This document shows positions 17,501-27,361 of a DNA stretch of 64,000 bases, piece after piece (position 1 is the first letter of the stretch; each line of letters opens with the position of its first letter). The notes beneath the pieces were generated by a model that worked only from the letters and a program-made list of their open reading frames with translations, was not told where the DNA came from and searched no databases. The DNA comes from a virus. Lineage: Duplodnaviria > Caudoviricetes. A program made the position numbers and the translations under genes. The stretch lies in the IMG/VR virus record IMGVR_UViG_3300024331_000007, positions 64,001-128,000 of that record; one strand, given 5' to 3'.

Positions 17501-17935
17501 ATGGCAAACAAATTCCACAAATCGTTCTACATCATTAAGAACAAAGCTAAGTACATCGGGCGCAGACAGCCAATTTGCAGAAGCAGTTGGGAAAGCACCT
17601 TCTGTATCTTTTTGGATAACCATCCATCTGTCTTGCAGTGGGCAAGTGAGAGCGTTGCTATTCCCTATCGCGATCCATTGACCAATAAAGAGAAGCGTTA
17701 TTATCCAGATTTCTTTATGGTTTATGTGGATGCTATGGGCCAGAAGCATGCTGAGTTAATTGAAATCAAACCAGCTTCTCAAACGGGCCAAAAAAAGACA
17801 AAGAGCAAGCTGAACAATGCTCAGATTATTAAGAATCACGCAAAATGGAATGCCGCGCTACAGTATTGCGCGAAAAATGGAATACAGTTTAGGCTTTTGA
17901 CCGAAAACGAGATATTCAAAGCAGGTAAAAAGTAG
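17501..17935 (+). CDS. Head completion nuclease, T4 gp4-like (TnsA-type)
   Basis: RSSWE...QWASE...IPYRDP...YYPDF...EIKP...AKW. Confidence 0.9.
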   Translation: MANKFHKSFYIIKNKAKYIGRRQPICRSSWESTFCIFLDNHPSVLQWASESVAIPYRDPLTNKEKRYYPDFFMVYVDAMGQKHAELIEIKPASQTGQKKTKSKLNNAQIIKNHAKWNAALQYCAKNGIQFRLLTENEIFKAGKK

Positions 17936-17948
17936 GTATAATATAAGA

Positions 17949-18926
17949 ATGAGACGATTGTCAACAGAAGAGTTTATTCAAAAAGCAACAGCTATTCATA
18001 AGGATAGGTATGACTATAGTGCTGTTGTTTATACTCAATCAAAGGAAAAAGTAAATATAAAATGTAGCATACATGGAATGTTTCAGCAAACTCCAAATCG
18101 TCATTTGAACGGAGACGGATGTATCAAATGTGGGTTTTCCGCAATGAAAACAGCAAGGCGCATGACGACAGAGAATTTTATCAGAAACGCGAAAAAACGT
18201 CATAAGAATCAATACGATTACAGAGAAACCAAATATGTTAACAGTAGAACTAAAGTTTGGATTACGTGTAAGAAACACGGAAGATTTCAACAATTAGCTT
18301 CTGCTCATTTGTTGGGTATAGGATGTTTTGAATGTGGTAGAAAACGGGCTAACGACTCACTTTTGTTAGATACTTCCCATTTTATCAAAAAAGCGCAGTC
18401 TGTGCATGGAAATAGATTTTCATATAAAAAGTCTAAGTATAAGAACATCACAACAAATATTTGTATAACTTGTAAAATACATGGAGATTTTTTACAAAAA
18501 CCAAACACTCATTATGCTGGGGCTGGCTGTCAAAAATGTCAGGAATCAAGAGGGGAAAGCGCAATTAGACGTGTTTTAGAATCTAAAGGCATTATGTTTG
18601 CTAAAGAGCATCGTATGCGCGGTTGCATTCTTAAACGAGAGTTACCATTTGACTTTGCAATTTTTGAAAATCAAAAACTAAAAGGGCTTGTTGAGTATCA
18701 GGGGAAACAACATTACCTGCTTGGAAGTTTTGGTTCTAAATCGGATTCTATAGAAACACAGAAGAAGAATTTGCAATTGGTAAAGCGCAGAGATAGCGCA
18801 AAAGTTAGATTTTGTCAAAAGCGTAATTTACCGCTACTTACTATACCGTACTGGGAATTAAAAAATGTTACCAGTATTTTGGGTCAATTTATAAGTAACA
18901 TATTGACACAGAAGGAAGACTTATGA
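17949..18926 (+). CDS. Free-standing endonuclease, paralog of 7573-8514
   Basis: Three CxxHGxFxQ...GCxxC repeats; LPFDF...EYQGKQHY...IPYW. Confidence 0.8.
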   Translation: MRRLSTEEFIQKATAIHKDRYDYSAVVYTQSKEKVNIKCSIHGMFQQTPNRHLNGDGCIKCGFSAMKTARRMTTENFIRNAKKRHKNQYDYRETKYVNSRTKVWITCKKHGRFQQLASAHLLGIGCFECGRKRANDSLLLDTSHFIKKAQSVHGNRFSYKKSKYKNITTNICITCKIHGDFLQKPNTHYAGAGCQKCQESRGESAIRRVLESKGIMFAKEHRMRGCILKRELPFDFAIFENQKLKGLVEYQGKQHYLLGSFGSKSDSIETQKKNLQLVKRRDSAKVRFCQKRNLPLLTIPYWELKNVTSILGQFISNILTQKEDL

Positions 18927-19438
18927 AAATCAATACGAATCTTGAAGATGAGTTCAATCTGTCACCTATGTCATTGGACGAGTCAGAAGTAAACGAAGAA
19001 GCAGAAGAAACAGCCATTGAGCTACAAAATGAACCGACTACCATTGCTCATTATAAGGAACTTGACAAAATTGAGGCCGCTTTGCCACAAGTATTTGGTT
19101 TGGATGCTTCAGATAAGGAATTTGACGAATTGGCAGAATATGGCATTCAGGCTCATAAGGATTTGATGGAGCTTTCAAACAATATTGAACAGAGATTCGC
19201 CGCAGATGTGGCGTCGGCTGCTGGAAACATGCTTGGACACGCCATCAATGCCAGAACCAACAAGATCAAGAAAAAGCTGGATATGATTACACTCCAGCTA
19301 AAGAAGCAACTGGCCGATCACAAGACCAAAACCCTTGCAGAACCAGAAGAATTAGAGGGCGAGGGACAACTTTTGGATCGAAATGACATCCTCGCTCATC
19401 TTTTGGGGAAACCCGTTCAAAACAATGGAAAATCATAA
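18923..19438 (+). CDS. Candidate terminase small subunit
   Basis: Helical/coiled-coil protein ending QLLDRNDIL, reminiscent of the gp16-type DRNxLL tail; follows gp4. Confidence 0.4.
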   Translation: MKINTNLEDEFNLSPMSLDESEVNEEAEETAIELQNEPTTIAHYKELDKIEAALPQVFGLDASDKEFDELAEYGIQAHKDLMELSNNIEQRFAADVASAAGNMLGHAINARTNKIKKKLDMITLQLKKQLADHKTKTLAEPEELEGEGQLLDRNDILAHLLGKPVQNNGKS

Positions 19439-19457
19439 ATACAGCAGAGGTAATGCG

Positions 19458-20069
19458 ATGAAAAAGTTCAGCGAATTTTTGGCGGAAAGTGTCCGTAATT
19501 ACGAGTATAATGTCAAGTTGGCTTTCAAGCCTGACAATGAAATGATGGGTGCAATCGAAAACGCATTGCAGAAGTACAGCCTTGTGTCGATTACCGCACC
19601 AAAAAGTCTCCCAATCCAGCGCGTTGACAAGGACTTTCCCGGCTTCAAAGCTCCAGAAACCTATGTGTTCACCGTTGAACTTGCATACCCTTCCAGCGCA
19701 AACATGATTCGCCACACCATCGCCTCGGTTGGTTTCCAGTTTGAACAGGTTGCCGTTAGCTCACCTCAGCATGACGCCAGCATGGATAAGGAAGATAATG
19801 ATGTTGCTGCAAATACCAGCGACAAAGCATTACTTGATCGCCCATATGATCCACAGAACAACGAAGAAATCAGCGGTGAGAATTTCGGCGATAATTATAA
19901 TGATCGTCTAGTTAAGAACAGCATCGGCAGCACAGATCAGATGATACCTCGCGAATTTAAGCGCACAAATGGCAAAACTTTGAACGATAAAGAATTTAAA
20001 ATTGGCAAGGAGTCTGCTGTGGGGTCTAAACAGAATAAGATTCCTCCTGTGAAGTCTTTTGCTCGTTAA
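19458..20069 (+). CDS. Probable virion/internal head protein (start revised to MKKFSEFLAES)
   Basis: ATAAATA late promoter and GAGG SD; N-terminus resembles T4 capsid targeting sequence MKTYQEFIAE. Confidence 0.6.
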   Translation: MKKFSEFLAESVRNYEYNVKLAFKPDNEMMGAIENALQKYSLVSITAPKSLPIQRVDKDFPGFKAPETYVFTVELAYPSSANMIRHTIASVGFQFEQVAVSSPQHDASMDKEDNDVAANTSDKALLDRPYDPQNNEEISGENFGDNYNDRLVKNSIGSTDQMIPREFKRTNGKTLNDKEFKIGKESAVGSKQNKIPPVKSFAR

Positions 20070-20712
20070 ATTTTTGCAAGCGAATTGCGCGGTTTCTTTT
20101 TGAATTAGGATTATTTTCGCCTATAAAATTAGCACGAAGTCGAGCTTTGTATTCATCCGAATGAGTTTTGCCGAACATTGGATTTTTATGGCCAATTTTA
20201 CTGTCGGATATTTTCTTTTTGGCTGCATCCGTTCGTTTTTGTCCAGTTCTCGATTTGGACATTTTCTTACGAGTTCCTTCAGAAAATTTCATTCCTTTTG
20301 TTGTGGCAATTGGTTTCTTTCCTTTCTTAACATCTGACATCTTTTTCTTAGCCACCGCGCTCATGGTTTTTCCTATAGCCGATTCTCGCATTTTTCTTTT
20401 AGTTTCTTCAGAATGTTTCCATCCACTTATTCCTTGACCGCCATTTGTTCTATTTCTTAGACAGCCAGTTCCTAAATCAAGTCTACCAAAAATTCTAATA
20501 AGGGCTATTTCTAGCGAACAGGCTTCTTTATTTGATAAACCATCAAAAATCTTGAGTATAAATTTTTTGTCTTTTGGTGGTTTAGCTCCACAATTGGTAT
20601 GTGGATGATGTGTTCTATATTTCTTTCCTTTACCAATATAATAAGGTGTTCCTGCCTCTCCGTTTGGTGAAGAGTGCTCTCTTAGGTAAGCATACACATA
20701 ATAAATAGACAT
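20026..20712 (-). CDS. GIY-YIG homing endonuclease with NUMOD3 repeats
   Basis: YYVYAYLR...PYYIGKG...LE...LRNRTNGGQG; HSEETKRKM repeats; overlaps the convergent gene by 44 nt. Confidence 0.9.
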   Translation of the reverse strand: MSIYYVYAYLREHSSPNGEAGTPYYIGKGKKYRTHHPHTNCGAKPPKDKKFILKIFDGLSNKEACSLEIALIRIFGRLDLGTGCLRNRTNGGQGISGWKHSEETKRKMRESAIGKTMSAVAKKKMSDVKKGKKPIATTKGMKFSEGTRKKMSKSRTGQKRTDAAKKKISDSKIGHKNPMFGKTHSDEYKARLRANFIGENNPNSKRNRAIRLQKFNEQKTSQEESYSV

Positions 20713-20778
20713 GGCTGATACTCCACTTTAGTATTAGAGCGATTGGGCCTGCCAGCCGCGAACCGCATAAGTATTTAT
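20713..20778 (-). promoter_or_regulatory. Late promoter plus structured leader, copy 1
   Basis: ATAAATA CTTAT GCGGTT CGC GGCT GGCA GGCC C AATCGC TCTA ATACT AAAGTGG AGTAT CAGC C ATG. Confidence 0.75.
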
Positions 20779-20819
20779 CTCAAAATCCACAGGTTACGCT
20801 AAATATTACTGAGGTTTCT

Positions 20820-21134
20820 ATGAACAATGATGATCTAAAGAAGTTGCGAGACATTTGTACAGAAGGGGCTACGGACAATGGTTCTCATCAGTTTATTTTT
20901 GGCGATTCATTAGAAAAAGCAGCGCAGCATATTAGTAATCAGGCATATCAAGGGAAAACAAGAGAATCTTTTCTGAAAGGCGCAGAAAAATTACAAGGTA
21001 TCAAGACACTACTGATTTTTATGCGAGGAGAAAATGCCCCTCAGCATTTGTTTTTAACTGCATTGGTTGCATTGGGGAATGAAATAAACAGGCTGTATAC
21101 CGCAGCAGATTCGGTTTCTAATAAGGAAATATAA
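20820..21134 (+). CDS. Hypothetical late protein
   Basis: CTAAATA at about 20800 and GAGG SD. Confidence 0.65.
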   Translation: MNNDDLKKLRDICTEGATDNGSHQFIFGDSLEKAAQHISNQAYQGKTRESFLKGAEKLQGIKTLLIFMRGENAPQHLFLTALVALGNEINRLYTAADSVSNKEI

Positions 21135-21135
21135 A

Positions 21136-24100
21136 ATGATTGGCATGGACATGGGCCGCATACTTACGATTTTCAACAGCATGAAGAATGTTAACATGAG
21201 CGGCACCCCTGCGGCTGAAGAACCCGTCGAAGAAATCGAAACTAAGCCTTGTGCTGAATGCGTGAATTGCAGCGGTACGGGCCATCTCGATTTGGGATGG
21301 GGAGAAACTGTTCCCTGTTTGGAATGTCAAACAACGGGAAAGATTCTGGAATACAGTGATGGAGTTGATTCAGGTCCAATCGGTGACAGTGGAGCGGAAG
21401 ACGAAGGTCCAGCAGGTAAGTATGGCGCTGGAGAAATGTGGCAGAAAGATGAAATGGACTTTCCTCCTGAGAGTTTTTTCAAGACAAAAATTGCTGGCGA
21501 AAAGAAATCCGATCAGGATGTTAATGATCACGACTTAACTGTGGACGATCAACTTATACAGGATCATTTGGAAGAAGGCACCGATAAGTTGGATGAAGAA
21601 CGCGAAATGTGCCGCAGATGCGGAAATCCTACAACTGCACCGGGTATAGGGTTGTGTGACGATTGCTACAAAACTTCATATGAACATTCAATGGATAGAG
21701 TGAATCAAGTAACTCAAAAAAGACGCGCTGGAGATAGAGTTGTTGAGACAGCACCTCCAGATCAGGAAGATTGGGTTAAGAAAAACAAGTCTCGATTCAA
21801 GAAAGAATATGGCGACAAGAAGGGCGAAGAAGTTCTTTACGCTACGGCTTGGAAGAACCACAATAAGAAAAAGACCAACGAAGGTGAAAACACCGTGAAG
21901 AAGACAGTCGATGAATGTAATGGTTGTTCCGCTGGCGCTCCTGCCCAAGATCGTGATGCCGTTTCCGTCAATGCATCTTACAATAGTGACATGGACGAAA
22001 AGAGTGTTACTGTTACTGCTCGTAATGGTAGTGCTGATGAATTGATGCACATTCTCAAGCTGAGTGGCATTATGCCCGGTGAAGAGAAGACTGAGATTGC
22101 TCCTGAGCCACAGCCAGCCGCTGTTACTGGATTGTCGGCAGTAGTTGTTGGTGAAGGCAAAGAAGAAGTAGCAGCATCAATTGAAAACAAAAAGAAATAT
22201 GAACACAAATTTAAGCCGGGTAAGAGTGGCCGTATCTGCGTCCATGCTGGCTCCCATTCTCATTGTGGAAAGGTAGCAGATAATTATTTGCATGTTGGCT
22301 CACCTAAATGGAAAGCGGATAACGATAGACTACAGAGTAAATTGAACGAAGAGTTCCACCCAGACTTGCACGACAGTGACGCCGAAAGAGATTCGATGTT
22401 CTGCGACAGATGTTTTGGTTATCATGACGGTCCGTGCAAGGAAGAAACAAATTTCGAAGGATTGTGCGATCATTGTGGCGATAATGAAGCAATTGACGGC
22501 ACGAAATTCTGCCGTGATTGCCACGAATTAGGATTTGGTGAGGATTGGTATCAGGAACAGCTTGAAAAAGAAATGGCTGAACGCGATCCGTTTGCTATTC
22601 ACGAAGGACACATTTACGAATTGGATACACCTATTTGTTCCAATTGTGGATCGCCAAGAGAAGCAGGTATTCACAGCGGAGCAGATGAAGAAAAGCTCTG
22701 CGCTGATTGCTACAAGTATGCTCACATGGATGAATTGACCAATCCAGCCGACGAAGGTGCATACGATTTTGATAGAGACACAAATTGGGAACCAGATGAT
22801 TTCGAAGAAATGAATCGAAATGAAGCCAATGATTATACAAACGAATCAAAATTGAACGAAACTTCTGGTTATTATGTCACTGGATACACTCTAAAATCCA
22901 GTCAAGATAACAAATTTCGCCAGTGTTTTGTTAAATTAAATTTAGAAAGAGAACACTCTCTTAGCCCAAATTATATTCTTGTATTCGGTAAACAATTTGC
23001 AACTATTTTTGATGATTTAAACGAAGCAAAAAAAGCTGCTGCAAATGCTAAATCAATTTATAAATTACATAGCGTTTCAGTAAAGCCACAAATGGCAGAT
23101 ATTATTGAATTTCCTAAAAAAGTTCAAGAGAAGGTAACTAAAATGAATGAATCACTATCACCAAAAAGAGAAAACACTGGTTTGAACGGTGCTCCTAAGA
23201 CATGGCAGAATGAACCAAACGAACAGATGGCAGGTTGGAAGGCTCTCGTTCAGGATACCGAAGGATTGAGTCAGCCTCATGATATGTTCAATGCCGTGAA
23301 GGGTAGCGACAACATCATGACTGTTGCCTCAAAGAAGAGAGAAACAGAAAAGCCATCGGGTGATTTCGCCGCCAATGCTGTAATTGTTAGTGCAATTGCC
23401 GAAAAATTACAGAAGAAGTTCGATGTGCTGGAAGAATCAGATGATTCAGTTGAACGTATGACATGCTGCAAATGTGGCAAGAATACTTCGCGTTTCAATT
23501 GCAAGTGCGGTCACAAGATATGCTCAAGCTGCAAGGAAGCTCCAGCAAATAAGAAAAAGACTGTTAAGGAAGGTACACTAACAGAAGACCGTTGCATTTC
23601 GTGCGATGCCCGTATACCATCTGGCAGCGACATTGACCAGTGCAAGAAATGCTACAAAAAAGATCACCCAGAAGAAGGCAAGTCTAAAAAAAAGGTAACT
23701 GAAGCTAATTCCAGTAAAGCCGTAAACTGCTGTTCCTGCGGTAAAAACGGAATTGCCAAAAAATCCGAGAAATTTTCCAAATCTCATTGGACTAAGGCTC
23801 CAATGGAATGCAAGTCGTGTGGTCATAAGATTTGTACTCGCTGTAAAACACCTAAAAAGAAGGTAACTGAAGATGAATCTCTTTCGATTCGTTATTCAAA
23901 GAATCTTCCTGAGAAAAATACAGCACCATATACTCTATTGTTTACTGCAACTGATAAAAGCGGAGTAAAGAAAGGACATTTGGGTATTTGGGCTGACTCT
24001 GATCAGGAAGCTATTCAGAAAGGAATTGCAAAGATTGATCAGGAAAATAATTACGTCGGCAAAAAATATCAATTTGCTATTATTGGAATCGAAGACAATT

Positions 24101-25527
24101 TTGGTAGTCCTCGACGTAAACAAATTTATCCCGACAACAAGGTTGAGGAATCAACTGCTTCTAAAGTAGCCAAGCAGAAAGAAGACCATCCAGAAAAGTA
24201 TTGCAAGACAAAGAAGTGCCTCTATCGCACTGATGCTGACTATTGTCCAAAACATAAGCCAACAAAAAAGGTAAATGAATCTGGAAACTTCTCACAATAT
24301 TCAGATGAGTTCTATAATAAGGTTGCTGAACAAGAAAAACCAATGGAAGAGTTTTTGCGCAATGCTGGTTGGGAAAGCAAGGAAATTGTCGCACCTAACC
24401 AGAGAAAGCAATTGATGTGGTTACAACCCGGAAAGCCTTGGAGAGAATATAGTACTTTGAATGCTTATCATACCGCAAAAGGCATGACTGAATCTAAGAA
24501 TACTAAAGAACCAAAAAAGAAAAAGGTATGTTCTGATTGTGGTGGTTGCCCTCCAACTAAGGGTAGCAATTATTGCAAAAAATGCGCAGGTATGAACGAA
24601 TCCAAACTTGGCGATCTTTCTTGGCAGGGGAAGAATCCAAAAAAATTCTGGACCAAAATAACATACAATCTGGATAAGATACTATTCAAATTGTTTTGGG
24701 GTGAAACCTTTCCAAAGGATAGACCTCACTATGATACCAAGACAATTACAAAATATCTGAAGGACTATAACTTATCGGATGAGCAGATCAAGAACATTCG
24801 TCTCTGCGCCATTACAGCAATGAAATCTGCCATTAAGGATGCAGGTATCCCAGACGATAAAGTCTACAAGCTTCAGGATAGTTTTACAATTTACAATTTC
24901 ATCCCATCTTTCAATCGCGATGAAGAAAGACAGATGAGGGACGATATTGATACAGCCGCTCGACACAAATTTGAATTGCTTTTGAAGAAATATGGTCACG
25001 AATTAACGGAGTCTACAATGAAACCAATTGAAGTAACAGAAGAAGTATCCAAGTCGTCAGCAAAGAAGCTACAGGCAGCATTAGATAACCTTGAACAGAA
25101 GGTAAAGAAGTTGGGCGCACCTCCTTCTCCACAGACAAAGATCACGCAATCAATGGAACGCTTCACTGATAAGATTGCAGCTATCAAGGCAGCTTTGGCA
25201 AAGAGAAAAGGCGAAGACGAAGAGGAATCTTCTGAAGACGAAAAGCCAAAAGCCAAGAAGTCTGAAGGCGACGGCGAAAAGTCTGAAAAGAAACCTTTCG
25301 AAAAGAAGGAAAAGTCTGAGAAGTCTGAACCTGATGAAGAAGGCAAAGAAGCTGAGCCAAAGCCAAAGGAACAAAAAGAAACCGCCAGCAACAAGCCAAA
25401 TACAAACGGCGATGACAAGGCACCTGTTGGTAAGGTTAAGGATATTGGCAAAGGAATCTATGAGTCTGAAGTTGAAAAGATGCAGGGATTCCGCAGCATG
25501 CTTGTTGAAGGTTTTGAAAAAGAGTAA
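21136..25527 (+). CDS. 1463 aa modular zinc-finger-rich probable internal head polyprotein
   Basis: At least ten Cys clusters separated by recurring [LVMI]xE-[SGATD] sites; late region. Confidence 0.65.
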   Translation: MIGMDMGRILTIFNSMKNVNMSGTPAAEEPVEEIETKPCAECVNCSGTGHLDLGWGETVPCLECQTTGKILEYSDGVDSGPIGDSGAEDEGPAGKYGAGEMWQKDEMDFPPESFFKTKIAGEKKSDQDVNDHDLTVDDQLIQDHLEEGTDKLDEEREMCRRCGNPTTAPGIGLCDDCYKTSYEHSMDRVNQVTQKRRAGDRVVETAPPDQEDWVKKNKSRFKKEYGDKKGEEVLYATAWKNHNKKKTNEGENTVKKTVDECNGCSAGAPAQDRDAVSVNASYNSDMDEKSVTVTARNGSADELMHILKLSGIMPGEEKTEIAPEPQPAAVTGLSAVVVGEGKEEVAASIENKKKYEHKFKPGKSGRICVHAGSHSHCGKVADNYLHVGSPKWKADNDRLQSKLNEEFHPDLHDSDAERDSMFCDRCFGYHDGPCKEETNFEGLCDHCGDNEAIDGTKFCRDCHELGFGEDWYQEQLEKEMAERDPFAIHEGHIYELDTPICSNCGSPREAGIHSGADEEKLCADCYKYAHMDELTNPADEGAYDFDRDTNWEPDDFEEMNRNEANDYTNESKLNETSGYYVTGYTLKSSQDNKFRQCFVKLNLEREHSLSPNYILVFGKQFATIFDDLNEAKKAAANAKSIYKLHSVSVKPQMADIIEFPKKVQEKVTKMNESLSPKRENTGLNGAPKTWQNEPNEQMAGWKALVQDTEGLSQPHDMFNAVKGSDNIMTVASKKRETEKPSGDFAANAVIVSAIAEKLQKKFDVLEESDDSVERMTCCKCGKNTSRFNCKCGHKICSSCKEAPANKKKTVKEGTLTEDRCISCDARIPSGSDIDQCKKCYKKDHPEEGKSKKKVTEANSSKAVNCCSCGKNGIAKKSEKFSKSHWTKAPMECKSCGHKICTRCKTPKKKVTEDESLSIRYSKNLPEKNTAPYTLLFTATDKSGVKKGHLGIWADSDQEAIQKGIAKIDQENNYVGKKYQFAIIGIEDNFGSPRRKQIYPDNKVEESTASKVAKQKEDHPEKYCKTKKCLYRTDADYCPKHKPTKKVNESGNFSQYSDEFYNKVAEQEKPMEEFLRNAGWESKEIVAPNQRKQLMWLQPGKPWREYSTLNAYHTAKGMTESKNTKEPKKKKVCSDCGGCPPTKGSNYCKKCAGMNESKLGDLSWQGKNPKKFWTKITYNLDKILFKLFWGETFPKDRPHYDTKTITKYLKDYNLSDEQIKNIRLCAITAMKSAIKDAGIPDDKVYKLQDSFTIYNFIPSFNRDEERQMRDDIDTAARHKFELLLKKYGHELTESTMKPIEVTEEVSKSSAKKLQAALDNLEQKVKKLGAPPSPQTKITQSMERFTDKIAAIKAALAKRKGEDEEESSEDEKPKAKKSEGDGEKSEKKPFEKKEKSEKSEPDEEGKEAEPKPKEQKETASNKPNTNGDDKAPVGKVKDIGKGIYESEVEKMQGFRSMLVEGFEKE

Positions 25528-25539
25528 CGAGGGAACATC

Positions 25540-26205
25540 ATGAAGAGTTCTATTGATCTACTGAAGGAATATCGCGATCTTATCGAAGGGAGGGTATCTG
25601 TAAGCGAGGATGAAACCCCTCAAGAGATATCGCCCCGTGCCGATTTGGACAATTTCATGACCAAATGGGGATTTGTAAAGATCGACGATCCATTACATCA
25701 CAAGTTGCAATCCTATGTAAAGCGCAGCGTCTTTCTGAAGGTAATGATTGATGATGAAGATGATTTTTGGACAATTGAAGATGTAAATTCAGAGGGTGAA
25801 TACCTCGAAGATGGTATTGGTGTCGAATCATTAAAACAAACTGTCATGAAATTGATTCGTGCGGCAAAAGGTCTTCGTGAAAGCACCAACAACATTGTCA
25901 AGGGATCATGGATTCCTCGTCATGATGAAGGACAGTTAACTTGGAAGGACAGGGATGGAATTTATCTCGTTCTACCCGGTAGCAATTCGGCATATGGCAG
26001 CAATGATGGTGGATTCAGTTCAGTGGAAGACGCCGAAGAATTTAACCAAAAAGAACTCGGCGGAAAATGGAAGGTTCAAGTAAATGGAGAACCTCCACAG
26101 CATGGAAAGTTCAATACCTGTTCTGAGTGTGATGGAAAGGGCTGTCCAGAATGTGAGTTCACAGGTAAATACGATGTGGGTGTAAACTCGGAACATTACC
26201 TATAA
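25540..26205 (+). CDS. Probable internal head protein
   Basis: N-terminal MKSSIDLLKEYRDLIEG; C-terminal CSECDGKGCPEC. Confidence 0.55.
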   Translation: MKSSIDLLKEYRDLIEGRVSVSEDETPQEISPRADLDNFMTKWGFVKIDDPLHHKLQSYVKRSVFLKVMIDDEDDFWTIEDVNSEGEYLEDGIGVESLKQTVMKLIRAAKGLRESTNNIVKGSWIPRHDEGQLTWKDRDGIYLVLPGSNSAYGSNDGGFSSVEDAEEFNQKELGGKWKVQVNGEPPQHGKFNTCSECDGKGCPECEFTGKYDVGVNSEHYL

Positions 26206-26215
26206 GGGAGATACA

Positions 26216-26599
26216 ATGCATAAGTCAAGCAGTGAAATTTTAAGAGAATATGCCAACATTATCGCTGAAGGTGATTTGGGCAATCCATATAATAATACCG
26301 CCGAAGATACAGAAGACTTCAACTATGGCGAAGAGGGCGGTCCTATGCGTGATGCTATCAATCAGAATGCCGATGACGAAGAAAATGGCGTTGATCTTCC
26401 AGATGAATCCTTGATGGAACCAGAATCTAAAGACGATTCTGAATTTCTGACATATGATCAAGTTCCAGAAAATGATCCTGTCATTAATCTATCCCGCGAT
26501 TTACAGGTTGATTCCGACAAGATCAGTAGATGGCTGAGCAAAAACAAATATGAATTAACTCCTGTTGGTGGTTTATCTAATAAGGAAGGAAATATCTAA
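26216..26599 (+). CDS. Acidic probable internal head protein
   Basis: N-terminal MHKSSSEILREYANIIAEG, homologous to 25540 start. Confidence 0.55.
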   Translation: MHKSSSEILREYANIIAEGDLGNPYNNTAEDTEDFNYGEEGGPMRDAINQNADDEENGVDLPDESLMEPESKDDSEFLTYDQVPENDPVINLSRDLQVDSDKISRWLSKNKYELTPVGGLSNKEGNI

Positions 26600-26600
26600 T

Positions 26601-26909
26601 ATGGATCGTCGTCTTACTGATTTAGAAGGAACTAGCCTACCAAATGGTACTCCATTGAAGACTTGGCCTCGTCCAACTGGCTCTTTTCACGAGTGGCGTT
26701 ATGGAATCCTTGAACTCAGAAAAGGTCAGCCGTGGTTTCAATCCATTGCAGGTGCCGCATGGCCCATTCAATATTGGGATGACTTTGCTTTGGCATCGAA
26801 AGAAGAGTTTGTGATGAAGAAACTGGAACATGATAGAAGGAAATTGGAATCCTCCACGGACTTCTTCAGAAAATATTCAGATATTATCTCTGAAACTGAG
26901 AATAGCTAA
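26601..26909 (+). CDS. Array-family (LPNG type) domain fused to a head-protein motif (start revised to MDRRLT)
   Basis: SLPNGT...WPI..W...ASKEEFVMKKLEH then SSTDFFRKYSDIISE. Confidence 0.7.
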   Translation: MDRRLTDLEGTSLPNGTPLKTWPRPTGSFHEWRYGILELRKGQPWFQSIAGAAWPIQYWDDFALASKEEFVMKKLEHDRRKLESSTDFFRKYSDIISETENS

Positions 26910-27307
26910 TGAGAGAAATTTCAAAACTAAGACCTCGACGCTTTCCTGTTAATGAGGCAAAACAGGATATGATGGTCGCTGATAACGAAATAACTAATGG
27001 GTTAGATAGCGATCAGTCTGCTGCTTTACCAAATGCAAGATGGTATGATGGCGGGACGCCATATTTTCATTATAGAGCAATGGTTATGGCTGCAAGTTTG
27101 CCAAATCCACCTAAAATCGGCGTCTCGTCGTTCTCCCAAGATATGCCGTTTTCTTCTGGTTATACTCAAGCCGATGATGACATAATTTCAGCAGCAGCAA
27201 AACTGTGTGGCTATCCGGGTAAACGGCTAAGTAATTCAAGAAGTATGGAAAGTGATGAAATACATAAGGTTTCGCCTAATAATCACAATTCTGGTAAGCA
27301 TAAATAA
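26909..27307 (+). CDS. Hypothetical late protein
   Basis: 132 aa; stop codon overlaps the next late promoter. Confidence 0.65.
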   Translation: MREISKLRPRRFPVNEAKQDMMVADNEITNGLDSDQSAALPNARWYDGGTPYFHYRAMVMAASLPNPPKIGVSSFSQDMPFSSGYTQADDDIISAAAKLCGYPGKRLSNSRSMESDEIHKVSPNNHNSGKHK

Positions 27308-27361
27308 TATCGGTCGCGGATCACTAGTCCCACCGATTCTAATGCATACGGAGCATCAGCT
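27300..27361 (+). promoter_or_regulatory. Late promoter plus structured leader, copy 2
   Basis: ATAAATA AT ATCGGT CGC GGAT CACTA GTCC C ACCGAT TCTA ATGC ATACGGA GCAT CAGC T ATG. Confidence 0.75.
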
